Part shown: in pieces, positions 59,778 through 64,000 of the stretch
Numbering within the stretch: position 1 is the first letter of the stretch
How the letters are laid out: each line of letters starts with the position of its first letter
NCBI GenBank assembly: GCA_030390025.1
Contig: CM059431.1
Location: 149,360,001 to 149,424,000, forward strand
DNA: 64,000 bases
Origin: Squalus acanthias
Lineage: Eukaryota
Direction of reading: 5' to 3'
Position numbers and translations under genes: made by a program
The notes under the pieces: model-generated
The model's database searches: none
The model's input: the letters and a program-made list of their open reading frames with translations, nothing else
Told to the model about the DNA's origin: nothing

Positions 59778-62700
59778 GGAACTAAGTGCCACAAAGCATA
59801 TTTGAAAGTTCTCTATCTGAATGCACGTAGCATTCGTAACAAAATAGTCAAGTTAATGGCACAAATAACTACATATGGTTATGATATTGTGGCCATTACA
59901 GAAACATGGCTGCCGGGTGACAATGCCTGGGAATTAAACATACCAGGTTATTTAACGATCAGGAAGGACAGGCAGGAATGAAGGGGAGGTGGGGTGGCTA
60001 TGTTAATAAAGGAAGGAATCACTGTAATACAGAGTAATGATATTGGGTTAAAAAATCATGATAATGAAACAGTTTGGGTGGAGATAAGGAATAATAAGGG
60101 GAAAAAAAACACTAGTTGGCGTAGTCTATAGGCCTCCGAACAGTTGCAACTCTGTTGGACGGAGTATCAATCAGAAAATAGTTGAGGCATGCAATAAGGG
60201 AAGATCTATAATTATGGGGGATTTTAACTATCATATTAATTGGACAAATCAAATGGGGCAGGGCTGCCTTGAGGATGAGTTCATTGAGTGTATTAGGGAT
60301 GGGTTTCTTGAGCAGTATGTAACTGAACCGACCAGGGGGCAAGCAACCTTAGATCTGGTCCTGTGTAACGAGACAGGATTAATTAAAAATGTCCTAGTAA
60401 AGGATCCCCTTGGAATGAGTGACCATAACATGGTTGAATTCCATATTCAATTAGAGGGTGAGAAGGTTGGATCTCAAACAAGCGTGCTAAGCTTGAATAA
60501 AGGATACTATGAAGGTATGCGAGCGGAATTGAGTAGAGTGGATTGGGAAAATAGATTAAAGGGTAAGAAGACACATGATCAGTGGTGTACATTCAAGGAG
60601 TTATTTTACAACTGCAAAAAATATATATTCCACTGAAAAGAAAAGGGTGTAAAAGAAAGGACAGTCATCCGTGGCTAAGTAAAGAAATTAAATATAGTAT
60701 TCGACTAAAAACAAGGGCATATAAGGTAGCGAAATCTAGTGGGAGGACAGAGGATTGGGACAAATTTAAAAGGCAGCAAAAAATAACAAAAAGATTGATT
60801 AAGAAAGGGAAGATAGATTATGAAAGTAAATTAGCAAAAAATATAAAAACAGATAGTAAGAGTTTTTATAGTTATATAAAAAGAAAAAGGGTGGCTAAAG
60901 TAAATGCTGGTCCCTTAGAGGATGAGACCGGGAAATTAATGGTGGGAAATATGGAGATGGCAAAAACACTGAATGAATATTTTGTAACAGTCTTTACAGT
61001 AGAGGACACTAAGAATATCCCAACACTGGACAAACAGGGGGCTATAGGGGGAGAGGAGCTAAACACGATCAAAATCACTAAGGAAGTGGTACTCGGTAAA
61101 ATAATGGGACTCAAGGCGGATAAATCACCTGGACCTGATGGCTTACATCCTAGAGTCTTGAAGGAAGTGGCGGTAGGGATTGTAGATGCATTGGTAATAA
61201 TTTTTCAAAACTCCCTGGATTCCGCTAAGGTCCCGGCAGACTGGAAAACTGCTAATGTAACACCCTTATTTAAAAAGGGCAGTAGACAGAAGGCTGGTAA
61301 CTATAGACCGGTTAGCCTAACATCTGTGGTAGGTAAAATTTTGGAGTCCATTATTAAGGAAACAGTAACAGGACATTTGGATAATCATAATTTAATAGGA
61401 CAAAGTCAGCATGGTTTTACGAAGGGGAAGTCATGTTTGACAAATTTGCTGGAGTTCTTTGAGGAAGTAACATATAGAGTGGATAAAGGGGAACCAGTGG
61501 ACGTAGTGTTTTTAGACTTCCAAAAGGCATTTGACAAGGTGCCACACAAAAGATTATTGCTTAAGGTAAAAAATCTCAGGATTGGGGGTAATATTCTGGC
61601 ATGGATAGAGGATTGGCTATCTAACAGAAAGCAAAGAGTTGGGATAAATGGTTCATTCTCAGACTGGCAATCAGTAACTAGTGGTGTTCCACAGGGGTCA
61701 GTGCTGGGTCCCCAACTCTTTACAATCTATATTAACGATTTGGAGGAAGGGACCAAGTGTAACATATCAAAATTTGCAGATGATACAAAGATGGGAGGGA
61801 AAGTAGTGAGTGAGGAGGACATAAAAAACCTGCAAGGGGACATAGACAGGCTAATTAAGTGGGCAGAGATTTGGCAGATGGAATACAACACTGGAAAGTG
61901 TGAGGTGATGCACTTTGGCAGGAAAAATCCTAGAGCAATTTATTATCTTAATGGCAAGAAACTGGAGAGTACTGAAGTGCAAAGGGATCTGGGGGTCCTG
62001 GTGCACGAAACTCAAAAGGTTAGTATGCAGGTGCAGCAAGTGATTAAGAAGGCAAATGGAATGTTGGCTTTCATTGCTAGGGGGATAGAATATAAAAATA
62101 GGGAGGTATTGCTTCAGTTGTACAAGGTATTGGTGAGACCGCACCTGGAATACTGCATACAGTTTTGGTGTACTTACTTAAGGAAAGACATCCTTGCTCT
62201 CGAGGCAGTGCAAAAAAGGTTCACTCGGTTAATCCCTGGGATGAGGGGGTGGTCATATGAGGAGAGGTTGGGTAGATTGGGACTCTACTCATTGGAGTTC
62301 AGAAGAATGAGAGGCGATCTTATTGAAACATATAAGATTGTGAAGGGGTTGGATCGGTTGGATGCGGGGAGGATGTTCCCGATGACGGGTGAGACTAGAA
62401 CTAGGGGACATAGTCTTAGAATAAGGGGCTGCTCTTTCAAAACTGAGATGAGGAGGAACTACTTCACTCAGAGGGTGGTAGGTCCATGGAATATGCTGCC
62501 ACAAAAAGCTGTAGAAGCTACATCATTAAATAAATTTAAAACAGAAATAGACAGTTTCCTAGAAGTAAAGGGCATTAAGGGTTACGGGGAGCGGGCAGGA
62601 ATTTGGACATGAGTCTAGGTTCGGATCCGGTCATGGCCCTGTGGGTAGTGGAGCGGGCCCAGGGACCGTGTAGCCTGATTCTGCTCCTATTTCGTGTGTG

Positions 62701-62852
62701 CATTTCTGTTAGATGCAGGAGACGGTTCTGTGATAGATAGTAGATTGGCGGTTAGGATCAGATCAGCCATGATCTTATTGAATGGCGGAGCAGGCTCGAG
62801 GGGCCGATTGGCCTACTCCTGCTCCTATTTCTTATGTTCTTATGTTCTTATG
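59778..62852 (+). mobile_element. 5'-truncated CR1 with disrupted endonuclease and open RT region
   Basis: TGA at 59979 and frameshifts near 60110 and 60620; open frame to 62612; (TTCTTATG)n tail. Confidence 0.95.
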
Positions 62853-63012
62853 TAGATGAACTGGTCGTTATTTCAACACTGTTTGTGGGAACTTGCTGTG
62901 CACAAATTGGCTGCCGTGTTTACTACAGTACAACAACTGACTTCAATTCAACCGTACTTATTTGGCTGTGAAGTGCTTTCGGGTCATCCCAAGTTCGTGA
63001 AAGGCGCTCTTT
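62853..63012 (+). mobile_element. Deu-domain SINE, 3' part
   Basis: TTGCTGTGCACAAATTGGCTGCCGTGTTT ... GTGAAAGGCGCT. Confidence 0.8.
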
Positions 63013-63129
63013 CTTAGTAATAAGTTTCAAAAGGTAATACGATATATACGTGAAAAGGAGAAATTTTCAGGACTTTGAGGAAACTGTTTAATTATTTACT
63101 ACCATTCACGAAAGGATATGACAGCTTTG

Positions 63130-63430
63130 AAATAATCATATCGGTTGCCTGAAGATGTGCTGATTCATCAGCTGAATGATGGCGGTCGGTGGTAATCAGC
63201 AGGAAGTGACCTTGCCCATGTCTGAATGGAAGCCATGAGACTTCATTATGTCCTTAGGCAAATTTGAGGCCTCGCAGGATCTCTCCCAGTCGACTGTATA
63301 CCCCTGTCCACCCAACTCTGTTGGGTCTGTCCTACTTTAGGAACAGGATATACCCTGAGATGGTGATGGAGGAGTCGGGAATGTTGAATGATAGGTATGG
63401 TTCTGTGACTATTATTGTGCGAGAATTCAA
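63130..63430 (-). mobile_element. LINE endonuclease fragment
   Basis: Reverse complement resembles the CR1-clade endonuclease N-terminal region (..RQDRPNR.GG.). Confidence 0.5.
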
Positions 63431-63699
63431 TGTTTCCAGAGCGATTCATTGAGTATTGAGACAGTGACAGGGTATGTATGTCATTGGTTAATATTTTAAG
63501 CAGTACCCTTTGATTACTTGGTGTAAAACCATTTATCGTTTGATTATGTTCTCTCCCTCTGTAAAGCACCATTATAGGATTGGCTTTTTGAGGTCAATCA
63601 TTAGAAACACCATGTTGTACTTGTTCTAGATTCAGGCAAATTGAATGCCCTGGGAATCAACTTGTTGGACAAAGACGGGAACATGAAATCCTGGCAGCC

Positions 63700-63830
63700 C
63701 TGGGAATGAAATTCCTGTATTGAGGCGGGAGCTGTGTAATCTAGGGGTTGCTGGGAATAGAATTCCTGGAGTGAGGCAGGAACAGTTTAATCTAGGCGGC
63801 GCTGAGCATAACATTCCTGGACTGAGGACG
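63700..63830. repeat. ~51 bp tandem repeat, ~2.5 copies
   Basis: TGGGAAT..AATTCCTG..TGAGGC.GGA...GT.TAATCTAGG units. Confidence 0.75.
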
Positions 63831-63940
63831 GGTGAAATGTTGTGCATACGCTCACTTTTAATTTAAAGCTGTGTACAATAATGTGAGCTAGGTTGAGTTG
63901 CAGTGAAGTTTTGGGGTGACAATGGATAAATGAGTCTGGG

Positions 63941-64000
63941 TGTTCAATGACTGTAATTAATGCCAGTTGCAGTGAGGCCTAATGATGTCACTCGGGGATT
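63941..64000 (+). promoter_or_regulatory. Paralogous copy of the GPCR upstream motif
   Basis: TGTTCAATGACTGTAATTAATGCCAGT matches 44347-44373 at 26 of 27 bases. Confidence 0.6.

Noticed and set aside
60582..62612. 676 aa ORF as a host or active gene
   Set aside because: RT portion of a 5'-truncated CR1 with a stop and frameshifts upstream.

Overview
Vertebrate genomic DNA, most likely from a shark or other cartilaginous fish; this is inferred from its CR1, Penelope, Deu-domain SINE and minisatellite repertoire. It is almost entirely repetitive: many CR1 LINE fragments plus one near-intact full-length CR1 (47462-52233) and one 5'-truncated CR1 (59778-62852); a degenerate Harbinger transposase; a Penelope fragment with a minimal hammerhead ribozyme; tRNA-derived SINEs; CT/GA tracts; several minisatellites; a ~3 kb segmental duplication; and a 19 kb, 80-82 bp satellite with higher-order structure and four copies of an embedded ~0.9 kb non-satellite cassette. 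The only credible host gene piece is coding exon 1 of a GPR139/142-like GPCR (44604-44784). It has an in-frame duplicated splice donor, no recognisable exon 2 in the window, and its upstream motif recurs at the window end. The most interesting leads are this GPCR first-exon architecture, a U_UUA_AAC -1 frameshift site joining CR1 ORF1 to ORF2, splice-site-bearing CR1 5' monomers, and the satellite-embedded cassette. Repeat boundaries are approximate and were read by eye.
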